A program made the translations under genes and the position numbers. Below, one piece after another: positions 27,726 to 39,717 of a DNA stretch of 64,000 nucleotides (position 1 is the first letter of the stretch; each line of letters opens with the position of its first letter). The DNA lies in NCBI GenBank assembly GCA_017499595.2, contig CM039009.1:2294001-2358000 (forward strand), given 5' to 3'. The DNA comes from Psilocybe cubensis (Eukaryota). Below the pieces are notes generated by a model. It made no database searches. It was not told where the DNA came from and was given only the letters and a program-made list of their open reading frames with translations.

Positions 27726-28577
27726 TCATTGAGAGGTTGTGTGAGAGCCATAACACTGGAGACAGGTGGTGGTATTGCTTCAGATACAGGATCATTAATA
27801 ATGCGATGGGATAGACCGCAAAACAACTTACCTGGGAACATCTTCATAACAACATTTGCGACAAACCAGCCTACCACATCCAGGTCCAAACTCGTCTTGA
27901 AAGCCACGAATTTCTTCTGCCAGCTCTCCGGGAGCTAGAAGCAGACGATCTTTTGCTGGTCCACCATAAACCTGATTGGTGGCCAGGTCATCCTCATCAA
28001 CAATCTTTCGACGTCGTCCAAAAGTAGAACTCTGAGTTGGCGTAGGAGGTACTTCAGACGCCGAAGGAAGATTAGTGTTGGATGTGTTGACTAAGGACAG
28101 CACGGATCGTGAACGGCGAGGAGAACCAATGATTGATGGCGAGGGCGAGGGAGACCAGCTGAGGTGAGGTGTTGGCGGTTGCGACGCCGCTGAATGGGTA
28201 CACGTACGAGAGCATACTGCACATATAGTATTCGAGCAACTGTTTTATAAACAACACGTTCAGCTAACCACGAATCATATTGTAAAATCACGCACACTGA
28301 ACACAGGATTGTATTGCCTGATTGGCAAGCACGATGGCAAGACGAACAAACGGAAGTAGTGGATCCCGTCCCTTTTGGAATTGAATCCTGCTTCCGATTG
28401 TTGCTTGAAGCCTCAGATTCTGTGGCCTCAAGCGTCGGAGGTGTTATTCTCCTAAGTAATCGCCGCCGTTTTAAAGGCGGTTTGGAAGAACCTTAAATTG
28501 GATTCAATTGTGTTTAGAAAGGACTGGTGAGGAGAAAGTATTATGCACTCACCAGATACAGTCGAAACTTCCTTCAT
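27726..28577 (-). CDS. Hypothetical Cys-rich (split zinc-finger-like) protein, 4 exons
   Basis: Spliced MKEVSTVSGSSKPPLKRRR...CSSCHRAC...ILCSVCSNTICAVCSRTC...[S/P-rich insert]...GCGRLVCRKCCYE...TCLQCY; NLS-like KRRR. Confidence 0.65.
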
Positions 28578-28909
28578 GATGGTTCAAAGTAACATCACAA
28601 GGCCCAAAGCCAGCGTAGGGCAGCCTGCCACAGGCCACACGTTGTCGCCGCCAGAAAGGACGAGAATAAAGAACAAGGGGCAAACTTTTCTTAGTAATTG
28701 GCACGTGGGATTTTAATTTTTGGTCATCGATCGATATAGGGGAGACATCAGCGGACTTAGAATCGGAAGCCAATTATATGTATTTATCACCGTAATATAT
28801 AATCGGAGCTTGAAATCCATACACTTGGACTAATAATTCAATTTGCGAAAGATGTGAAACCTCAAGTGGCCAATACGTATCGAGACCAAACGCCATGCTC
28901 CACATCTAC

Positions 28910-31900
28910 TCACCAAGACGACGGACTAAAACATTTTGAATGAGAAGAAGATTTAAGAACGGGCACAGTCAAAGTCATAACTTACCCAAATCGACTCCCA
29001 TCATCTTTCAGGGCCTTCAATGGTGTGCCAAGGTAATCGGCTGTACCATAAAACACGGTGTTTCCCCACCATTTTTGTATGGTGTTATTCCCAATGGATC
29101 CGTTGAGGGGATATTGAAGACTGTAAATGTAAATATCCCGAACCGATGGACCGCGACAAGCTCACATACCAGAAGAATACCAATATCGCACCAATCGCCA
29201 CACCGGCGTCAAGGGCAGCGGATAACACATCTGCGAAGTTGTTGGCACCAGGGGACTTACGAAACATAGAAAATTTGCGTACAGTTATATTTGGTCCACC
29301 ACGAAAAGTGCCTTCTTCGGACCAAGAACTGGAAGATGAACCCGACGATGCCCCAAGTAATGTAGTTGACAGCGTTGGCTGGTGGTATCGCGCCGGTTCC
29401 CGAAAGAAGCACGCTTCATTGCAAAATGAGGATGATATGGACGAGAGTGACGGGAGTGTGAAACACCTACGGCGTACTGGTACAAGTGTATAAGCGACCG
29501 ACTATTTTACATGGGAAAAAAAACAAAAATCGACTCACTTAAGGTACCGAATCCATGAGCGCGGGTATCTCTTCGACACAATCCAAGCCAATGTGGGTAG
29601 TAGAACACCGAGGGGGAAACAAAATGTCAAAGCTGCGATAAGTATTGTTATCATTTGAACTGGGCAATTCGAACGTTGGAGTTACCGCTGGATGATATAT
29701 TTAGGTTACGGATTCGGGATGCTAGTTTGGAGACGCACTAGTAGATTTGACCTTTTGAGAACTGGCGAGCGGGACCGATGACTCCCCATATAATCGACGC
29801 CGTCCCGAATACTTCGGTATTTGGACACACAAAACTTCAAATAAGGGGTCAACTTCGCAGTTTAATCTTTAGCTGGTTTTGGCCTCACGTACCCGCTTTT
29901 CTGAAGAGGGTCGCAGATATCTCTGTATCACAGAAGTTTAGAATAAGTTGACTTGTGCATGGGATTGTGCTTACTCGATATTGGAAAACATCCACGACTG
30001 TACCGCTAGCTGTACAGTGCCAGAGATTACCGCGCAAACGACTTGAGCAAAGAACATGGATTTCGGTGGTATTTTCATATAACTGAGATAACCTGGTCCA
30101 GCCACTGTGCTGATGATACAGTTAGAAGATTTGACTCACTGCCCCAGCTTGAAGTCGGACGAAAATGTCAATGCTTGCACCGAGAAAGTATGAATACACA
30201 ATGAACTGAACTTAGAGGAACATTTCGCACCTTGTGCCATGGTGATGTATCCCCACGTTTTGAAAAGCATCATTGCAACTGGGCGCCCAGGAAGAGCATA
30301 TCCCACCACGAGCTCAGCAATTACACTAAGAGTATGACATGAAAGGGAGTTGAGAAAACAATAATACATAAACAAGGAGAACTGCTTACTTTAGCCCAAC
30401 TTGCTGGTTCGTAACCGCTTGAATCATCCCGCACGGTATGACATACATGAACGCTGGGAAGACACATTCTAAGAAAAGAACCACAGGAATGGTATGGGCA
30501 CTTACATATCGACAAAGCCAAGATGAATCCTACACATCTCAATCAACATCCGAGGGGTGGAACACTTTATCAGGCACTCACCCCACACAGGAAGGTCGGT
30601 CTCCAGCGCCTCGATAGAGATAATCGAGAAGATAAACATGCTCACTGAAATAAACTATCAGCGTCTAGCAACTATTACATTCCAAATTCGCCCTGCCAAT
30701 GGCAGACGCAGCACAAAGAATATCAGACGCACCGAATATGACGGCATAGTACCACTCCGGCACCTGTTCGTAGCGCGACATCAGGCGCGCATGGATGTCG
30801 GGCTGCTCGTGCAGAGATCTCCGTGCCTGTGTCCATATCTGCTTTCCGTAGAACAGGAAAGCATGCGTGAGAGTCGCCGTTATCGCTGCGAACGAAAGGC
30901 CGTAAGACGTAGCGAAGGTCGCTCTGTCAAATCATTTGAATATACAACATGAGGACGTGGTAGGGTGAGGGAGGGACTTACGAAAGGAAAATGGGGCTGT
31001 AAGCTTTATAGGCCTCGACGTCTAGGTTATTTCTCGAGTCGATGATGCGGGTGACGTTATAGGATTTCCCAGTGTTATCGTACGATCCTCGCGTGGAAAT
31101 TCTGATACATCACTGGTGAAAAGGTGGGGAGTGGATCGAATTGGGGTCGACATACGGTAGATATTGGGTATACCAGGTATTAGTATACTGTCAGAGAACA
31201 TCACGGTCTGTAAGGAGGCGTGTCGAACGACGGAGCTTCTTACGTAGATGACAGGAGTTCCAATCCCTAAAGCGGAGAAAAATGAAAGTTAGAGAGGGCA
31301 TTGTAATTAGAGCCGGCAGTTGGACTTACAGTAGAACAGGATAAATCCTAGAACAATGTTTGCTTCGGCCCACCCTTCGTTGCGGTCGGTCAAAATTGAG
31401 TAATAAGGATTTACTATTTTTCTCTTACATGGTGTAGCCAATCTGACGTGGTGAGTCCTCTTTGTTAGTACGCCATCATTTCTAGAAAAAGCGTGGACAT
31501 ACGGGCTTCCGATATACGCAATTTGAGCCCAGTCAAATGTGATAAGACTGAGAAAAGTCAGAAAGTGTGGACTGAACAATAGCGATGACCTACCTCATCC
31601 CCTGTAAATATCCCCTAAAGCGTTAAACAAGCTATAAAAAACACGGCGTACCATCCCATGAAAATAGCCAAACATTTGGTTCACTACCTAGAAGACAAAG
31701 TTAAGTAAGTTGACATGTATGACAGGATCCGGATTCGGTATACAATGTTCTGAGGAGCAATCCAGCATGCCTAAGGAATCATGAATCTCGTGCACCTCTA
31801 CCATTGACTAATTGAACCATACCCATGAAAAGACGCTGTAAAATGCCTAAGTATTTAATCAGCTAGAAGTCAAAAGAACACCCACCTCAAGGCCTGGAAG

Positions 31901-33426
31901 AGGTATGCCGGTAGGAAGTCTGATAGTTCTTTGGACGTCAGAGAACTCTGAATAGCAATATTATCACACCTACAATAAAGGACAGATGCCGTAAAGCAAT
32001 AGAAGAAAAATCTTTCTCTACTCATTCCTTTATGATCCCCGACCCCCTCATAGCTCTGGGAATGAAGAGTATTGAATAATGCACAGGTAACTAGATTCGC
32101 AGGCCAGACTGGTGGCAAAACCATAATGAATCGCACGGATCAACTCTGAGATGACCGAGGGACGTACTCATAGAAGGTGGATCAACCAAAAAGCGACGGC
32201 CGATACCCCCGATGGAGAATCCAATCAGCTGAGTGGACATGATGATCATCCACTGGACTGTGTGCGGCGCTCCACGTCAAGGATTTCCATGAGAATGAGG
32301 AGCGTTGATGGACACTCACATCCGAAGCTATACACTTGGTTGTAGTACACACGCTGCACGGCAATGATATCCGTCTATTGCCCTCATTAGGTTACGCACA
32401 AGTCGGATCGAGGAATTGGTTCCTTACAGCGTAAGCTTACAAATATTTTCAGGAAGGTGAGTTACATGTGCTTGGTAGTTAGGCATACCTGATGTGGCGC
32501 CGACTCTGAGGCAGTTTAAGTAAGAATTGTGTATTGGTGAGCAATGTTATAAGACTTACGACGCCATGATTGTTACGAGAACCTAACGGGAATGAACTCA
32601 GGAAAGCGGCATGTAACAAGTTACCTACATGTTCTTTGATTGTGAAAGGACCAGGATTGAGGGGGAATCCACAAAGAATTGCGTTTGGCATGTATCGTGC
32701 CCATGCCCGGCCGACTGGGAATGAAAGTAACTGTGCCACAATCTGCCCAATATGAGACCAAAGTAGCTGGTATGTATGGGTGGACGTACACCACCGATCA
32801 TCACAGACGGATATCTCATGTAGAAGAATTGATTTAATCCCTGAAACGAGTAAGTCTATCGCATGAAGTCTGAGAAGAAGAGTCACCGGTATGATAATGG
32901 CCCAAATTATCCCTACGAGAGTGTAAGTTTAACTCATTATGATACTAAAAGACTTGCCTATGGTCCATGACCGTACAGTCGAACTCGGTATGGATGTGTC
33001 GTCCGTGTTGGCTACCGCAGATCTCACCTCCGGGTAGGGAGAGTCGCCCTGTAAGCATCCGTCTGCAGTCAGATTGGGATCATCAAAGTTCGACTTGGGC
33101 TCATGTCCATGTTCATCTGCTGCAATTGACTGGGTTAGAAATGGGCTGAACAGTCGTAAAAGAATTTTTTTTTACAATACGTCTTTTCCGCATCGTCGGA
33201 GAGCATTCCACCTTGATCCACAAGATCATCCGTATGCCTGGGATCTGAATAGATATCGGTCGTCATCATCTAGGGAAGGCAGGGAGCACATATTGAAACA
33301 GATGGACCTTATATACAAATGCACGAAAGCCCACGATATGCTTTTGACTGTACCCTGTGGTTGAAGTTTGAAGAAGGCCGCCCTTGCCGCACTGCGAGTT
33401 ACTTCGACTCCTGTTCCACGATGCAT
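28910..33426 (-). CDS. OPT-family oligopeptide transporter, highly intron-rich
   Basis: [97 protein letters not shown] motifs; start codon approximate. Confidence 0.93.
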
Positions 33427-36400
33427 GAAGTGGCTAAGAAAAGAAGTAGGTTATCCGTAGCGAGGTACTCAAGAAACTCACGAGGTAGCTTGTCCACGAG
33501 GTAGTTTGTTTCTAATCAGGCATACTGAGAAAAGGGGGAACAGAGAGGAGGGTTTGCTGTCCCTCTGTAAACGGGTGAACGGCGAACATCATGGCGGCGT
33601 CGTTGGTAGACAGAATATTGATCTCCTCATCAAGTCTCCTGAACAACTAAGGGTCAAATGAAATGCAGTATACAATATATACTTCTATATGGCTAAGCAC
33701 AATTATATTTGCACATTTTCAGCCGGTACCAAAAGGTACGATTCTGCTTCGCGGCCCATCATTGAAATTTAAACTCCGATTTGCTCGTGACTCATGGCAC
33801 TCCGAATTCCACGATGAGTGCGTAGCACTCATCTATGGATAAGATAGCAGCGAGGATGACGATTGCTTATTTGAGTTTTGTCTTCTCTGTTTTAATGATC
33901 GTCTTAACGTCTTCCGGTTCCTGAACCTGACACTTGTCAGGTCTCACCTGTCATACCTCCCCAGTCTCTTCTGTTGATTCTTTAATTTCTGTACATCTAT
34001 ATAATAAAAGTTGTCCTCGTATTTTTCTCCCCTACCGGCTCGTCTTCAGACTCGTCCAGTCTCATCTCGTCTTTCCCCTCGACTCGCCTCCGATTTTTCT
34101 TTTGAGCCCACCCTCCTCTCCCTTTTCTTTCCTTTTTCCAGTGTTTGGTACTGCCACCGTTGGTTCTCGTTTGCGATTTCCACGTGGTTCGATCCAAGCG
34201 CTCAGGCCTTTGGCGGCTAAACCTTTCTCCTCGCTTTCGTTTCCTCACGACTCGCGCTTTGCGTGTCTCACTTCGAATCCGGTCATTTCTCGTGACCTTC
34301 ACTTGGTCTTTCCTGACCACCCGCCAAAGCCCTACGCACCCACGGAATATCAGATAACTCGGATATTCTGTCACCTTCTCCTCCTTTCACTTCTACTCAA
34401 ATTTAGCACATTCCGAAAAAGTGCAATTTAATCCGAGCGAAATATATCTTATCCATTTTATTTTAGGCGGAAGAATTTATGTACGGATACAAAGTTTGTG
34501 TCGTATACTTAGACATTTCCGTAGGTCCAGCGGGTACCTATGGCTTCAATCCAACTTGTCACTCTTCGCACTACATACTCCGCATTAAATCAAAATCAGC
34601 AATGATTCCCTGGACCAGGGCGTGCTCACTGGCAGGACAACGGACTGTTTCAAATCTTCTCGGACAAAAAAGACAGACGAAGACTATCAACTGGAGGAAA
34701 ATAAATATGGCGGAAAATGGATGTCAAGACAGAACTACGTCACAAGCAGATCCATATCTACTGCCCGCCTAGCGATATGAAGGTGATCACAGTATAGTCT
34801 TAGTCTCTTCCCAAGTCTTACTACAATGTTTACTTGGATCTACGAATACGAACAGTTAGCGGAATACCAATTATATATTGCATCCTTACATCAATGGTCT
34901 TTTTGAGAAGTTTTATCTTGATGAAATTTGGCTTAGCGGAAGTTCTGTTGGGCCGCTTGTCTTCAGTTACACAGGGATTTAGTCTTAAGCGCTGGTTCAA
35001 TGGTGTGATGCTTGGTTTAATTTGGGTATTTCGCTCAAATATTAATGTTTCGCCATTCCCGTATCCCCCAGAGTTTTGTTCTTGGTTTTTATTGCTTCTG
35101 AAAGGGGTGCTTTGAAATGGAATGCTGCTGCAAGAACCGCCCTGCCAGGCCCCGTCTATCGCTTCCTACCAGTCTCCGATATCAGTCCTTGTATTTTTTG
35201 TTGCGGGATTTTTGAACTCGTTTACCTGAGTCATGCTACCTCCATGTTGATACGACCCAACCTGAAGTTAACTGACGCTGTTGAGTTACCACCGCAGTTG
35301 ATTGATTGGCATGACGGATTGACAGAATCATATTCTCAGATGTCGTCATGTTCGTTCCGTGAATGAAGGTTATACTTCAGCAGCTCCGAGGATTTCGAAT
35401 TTGATTAGTGCCGGTTCGCAGATAGGTGGTAGTTGCAGCAAATGATATCACTTTGCCTACCATGTAACCATCTAAGCGACGTCTTCACAATGAAATCTTT
35501 TAGTATTGTCCCCAGGGTGAAGGATCTAACTAACAGAACATAAAATGTGTCCCTTCTTGTACCCTCAAGCAGGTTGATATATGGCGTCATAGGTTCATCA
35601 ATCTCAAATTGGCCAACCTTTGGCGTGTGAAGTTCTTCAGTGGCAACACTTGGACCGACCGGGCTATTCTAAGACCTTTAAGCCCACAACATATGTAATC
35701 TAAATAAACCACCAACAGTTGAAGAACGCAGAATTTCGACAAGGCGATGTTATATTGCCCATGCCATTGCCAGTACTATGTGATACCATACCATATGCAG
35801 TTGACTATTTACGACTCGGACCACCGATTTTTGCAGAACAAGCGTCGGTTTTCTAATGTAATGGAGAGATTTTCCAATATTCAGGGTTGTTGGCGGTTTG
35901 CAAACAATATGTCGTTGAACGGTTTGACCGTATCGAAAACTCCCACGATACCCAGCTTCCACGTTTTAAATCCTAACTAGGCCCTCGTGAGGCTCACGGA
36001 TGCAGTACCTCCCGGGACCTACGTGAGTTTTCAACCTCTCTAGCACTGAGGCAGCACCTCTTTCAGTGAACAACTCACGTTTTGGCAAGCCCCATGCAGT
36101 AAACGGAGATTTCAAGCAGTGGATCAAACCACGCGACCACGTCATCCACTGTTCAGAGTCCACCTTTGGATTCATTATGGCGCGGGTAACCTAGAAATTC
36201 TGGAAGAGTTCAGTCAAATTAGACAGAGGTAAAGAGCTCAAATGGTGAATAGAGAAGTATATACTTTTCAAGAAGCGCTGAAACATGATACCAAAACCAT
36301 CACTGTTCCTTATTTTAGACCCTTTGCATAGCCTTGACGGAATCCCGGGTGTATGATTGCCACGTCATTTGTCAGATTTTCTCTCATGCTTTCTTTTCCA

Positions 36401-36921
36401 TTGGCCAACTGTACTCTAAATTTTATCTATTATCTATGTTCGAACTAGGGCAAAGTTGATTCTCTGGCCCTTAGAGCATGCACATACTCAAACAGTCAAA
36501 TGTGGTGTTACATTTTAACTTATCGCAAACCTCTAAGCGCGTGTTCCCAAATCTAGATCATTTTTAAATTGCTCAATCGAGAACCTGACTCAGTTGTATC
36601 GTCGAGTTCTACAATCCGGTGTTACCCAGCACAAAACGGAAAATGGGGGGAGATGTGTGTCCCTTGCCTGAAAACAAAGCTCTGGCGCTACTATGCAGAT
36701 AGCACTCCGCCGTTATTCCAGAATTGGCCAGGTTTCAGCTCAAGAGCGCTTCTCAACGATTAACATCGGAGTATGTTTCTGCGGATCGCAAATGCAGATT
36801 CCATACATAAGCAGTGGTCCTTATTGAATCAGCTATAAAATAGAGGTTTTTCTGTCTCTGCCGTATTCATTCTCCTTCGTTTTTTATCTTCCCTATCCAG
36901 CAAACGCGCTCTCTTTTAATT

Positions 36922-37645
36922 ATGTATTCGAATAACCCATACGCTCAAGCTGGATGGCATAACCCTCAAAATCCTCACTCCATCAATGGAGGTCCGTGGC
37001 GACCCAAGACATCCCTTCCGCCTACCTTTGGAGCATTACCGCCCTTGGACCACAAGCCAAGCTCTGTCGTAGAATTCTACTTCACTTCGTTCAGTCCCGA
37101 TATTTTCAATTGCGTGGTCTGGGGGCCAAATCAACGCAAATTTTTTGAAATAAGGACACCGTCGAATATAACCGTGATATCCAAACCGGATGAGCAATTT
37201 GCTCTTATCAAATGGTCACAACATCCCTCCGTTGAAGCAAAAGGCTGCCTGTCACTTCAGCGCACAGGTGATTTTCTGAAGTTGTCCCCGGACTCGTCGT
37301 GAGTGGTTACTTATATTTGAATCCGTTGGACAATTTGTGCTTACTGTCCACGTAGTTATCGAACTATGAAAATTGCAAGCAAAACGTACATTTGGGTTCC
37401 CAGAGATAATGGAATATACGTTCGTAAAAGTTTTCTGCCTTGTTTCATACGTGTACTCATTATATTTTCCACTTCAGTTGTATAGTGGTGGACCGAATCC
37501 TCCGGAACAATTTGCTCGGATCAGACTATCAAGCGATACCACCAAGGTAGTCCTGGAAATCACGAGCGAAGCATTCCAAGCTGGCCTATTCGAGCCTTGC
37601 ATTATCTCGACATTACTTCTCTTCAGCTCAAGAAACATAGATTAA
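36922..37645 (+). CDS. Hypothetical agaricomycete protein (MYSNNPYAQAGW-type N-terminus), multi-exon
   Basis: TATAAA ~80 bp upstream; ORF 36922-37299 joined through GT-AG introns to terminal exon ending IISTLLLFSSRNID*. Confidence 0.7.
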
Positions 37646-37686
37646 CCTGGATTTTTCCTTCTAATTTGGCGGTTTATTAAGCAGTA

Positions 37687-37721
37687 GGGGTGATTGCTCG
37701 GAGGCTCCGAGCAATCACCCC
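37687..37721. repeat. Perfect 35-bp palindrome (17-bp arms, 1-nt centre) just downstream of a stop codon
   Basis: GGGGTGATTGCTCGGAG-G-CTCCGAGCAATCACCCC. Confidence 0.9.
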
Positions 37722-38350
37722 ACGCGCGTCAACTCACCATTAGACGTCATGTCAATTTTCTGTATCAACTAGTGGTTACGTCGTTATGTATTTATATCGA
37801 TTCGTTTATAGTCCTGTATCAGTAGATATTTATCAATGATTTAGTTCCCAATCAAATGCTTGTCGGGTGGATCGGCCTCACCACACAACATCACAAAGAA
37901 AGGAGGTTGAGATATGGCCCTCTGCCTCTAAAAACAGTATTGAATCAACTTGCCACCATGAAGAGCTTTCACAGCTTTTTGGTTTGTGGAAGTATCTTTA
38001 GCATAACACCTGTCAGCTTGCTTCCATGTTTACCATCTACAGATGGTACTAGGGTTAACCTGAAACTATCATGAGTGGTAACATTGATTGTTTTCGGGAG
38101 TTTGAGGATGGGGAATAATATAGCATTATTCGTAGTAACAATTCAAAATTTTGAGGCACTCCGGACTGTGAGATTGTATAGTGCCAAGTCAAGTTGGGTA
38201 CTTGGCGATTGGATGTACTTGACAGATGGATAGTATTGGTATGCTACGGGTATGAGGCGCTCAAAAAATCTGCCACAGACAATATTGTGGTTCATCTGAA
38301 CGTAGTATACTCTTTCCACATAAAAAGACATACATATTTATCACCGCTTG

Positions 38351-38437
38351 TGCATTAAGGGGGAATCGAACCCCCGGCGGGTCGAGTTCAAGCGCCTCGA
38401 ATGGCAACGACCCAGGTTACCACTACCCCATTAATGC
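38351..38437 (-). tRNA. tRNA-Gly(GCC) with 16-nt intron
   Basis: Minus strand: acceptor GCATTAA/TTAATGC-A, D-arm TAGTGGTAA, anticodon arm GGTCG-TT-GCC-A[intron TTCGAGGCGCTTGAAC]T-CGACC, T-loop GGTTCGATTCC; 71 nt after intron removal. Confidence 0.95.
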
Positions 38438-39717
38438 TGTGCATGGTTTTCTTTCATCATATTATGTAGTAAATTGCAGAGTTAAGAGAAGATTGGGTTC
38501 GTTGCCATCTCTATGAGCGCCTGTTCGAAATCTTGGCACTGCGCTAAAAATAGTCAGGACAACACCCGTCATATATTTAGCCCCCACGTGGAACTTACAA
38601 ACAACGGCCAACAACGGGCCTTGATAATGTGCCTTACCTTGCCAACCGCACGGCATGTTGAAACAGATAAATCATGGCCAAGAGCTGAGCCGTCGTGTGT
38701 AGATCGTTTTTACAAGTATGTTACTTTAGTCAAATATCATCTAATTTCTAAAGTCTTGAGTCAAGTTACTGTTTAATGTCATCTACGAGCATTCATCTAA
38801 GCCTGCACTCTAGGCGATGCATTACACCTTTTCTATCGCTGTTTGGTTGATGTCTATTTGATTTGTGTCCGAGATATCTGGACCTGTTGGGACGAATGCC
38901 CATACACTAACCATCACCACCATCATGGAGACGACACTAGACACGATAAGCAGTCATGCGGTGGCAATGCAGAAAATGGAGCAGACATACAGCGGTTGCA
39001 CCGATTTTATACCAAACGATGATGACAATAGGCCAGTAATAAGGGGGAAAGCCGCCGAGCCAGTGATTCCAATGCCTGTAACAATACCCACAGTTTCAAT
39101 AACCAGAGTCGATGGAAGAATATGAGCTATGTGTGTAAGCAGAAGTGGAAACATTGGACCGAGGACGAGGCCAATTATGGACGCCTAAAAATACGTTCAG
39201 GAATATTTCAGGTCTGGTAGCATAAGACCAAATACGTACAGCTATTCCATTCTCAATGATCGACGGAATAAACCAGACTGTGAGCTCCAGTCTGACAATT
39301 GGCTTAATCCCGGGCATCAGAATTCAAAACGTCACTCACCCTATAGCAATGATGGAATACAGATAGATGACGCGATGTTCTCCAACCATTGCGTTAAGCC
39401 ACATTAAGCATACCCTCCCTAACGTTAACCCTAAGAAAATATTAAATTTCAACCGGGCCATGCCTCAACCTTGTATGTACCTCCAAAAAACGCGGACGAT
39501 ATGTATCCAGAATTACCACCTCCCTTTCTCTCTTGAAGAATAAATGAGACAATCCACCCTAAGCACAGAGCCAGTGAGAATGTACGATGATAAATAAAGA
39601 AGAGTCAACTACCTCCTATGGTCACTTCAACGCCGATGTATATCAAAGCAAAAGACGCGAAGAGAAGAACACTCCTATGGGCCAGAATCTGACGATACTT
39701 GCTTGGGCATACAGAAA

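Noticed and set aside
34450-36250. Possible degenerate gene on the minus strand
   Set aside because: Multiple stops and no recognisable domain
33996-37772. Single Helitron from TCTATAT to CTAG|T capturing the 36922-37645 gene
   Set aside because: The hairpin lies ~45 bp from CTAG, farther than typical, and there is no Rep/helicase evidence
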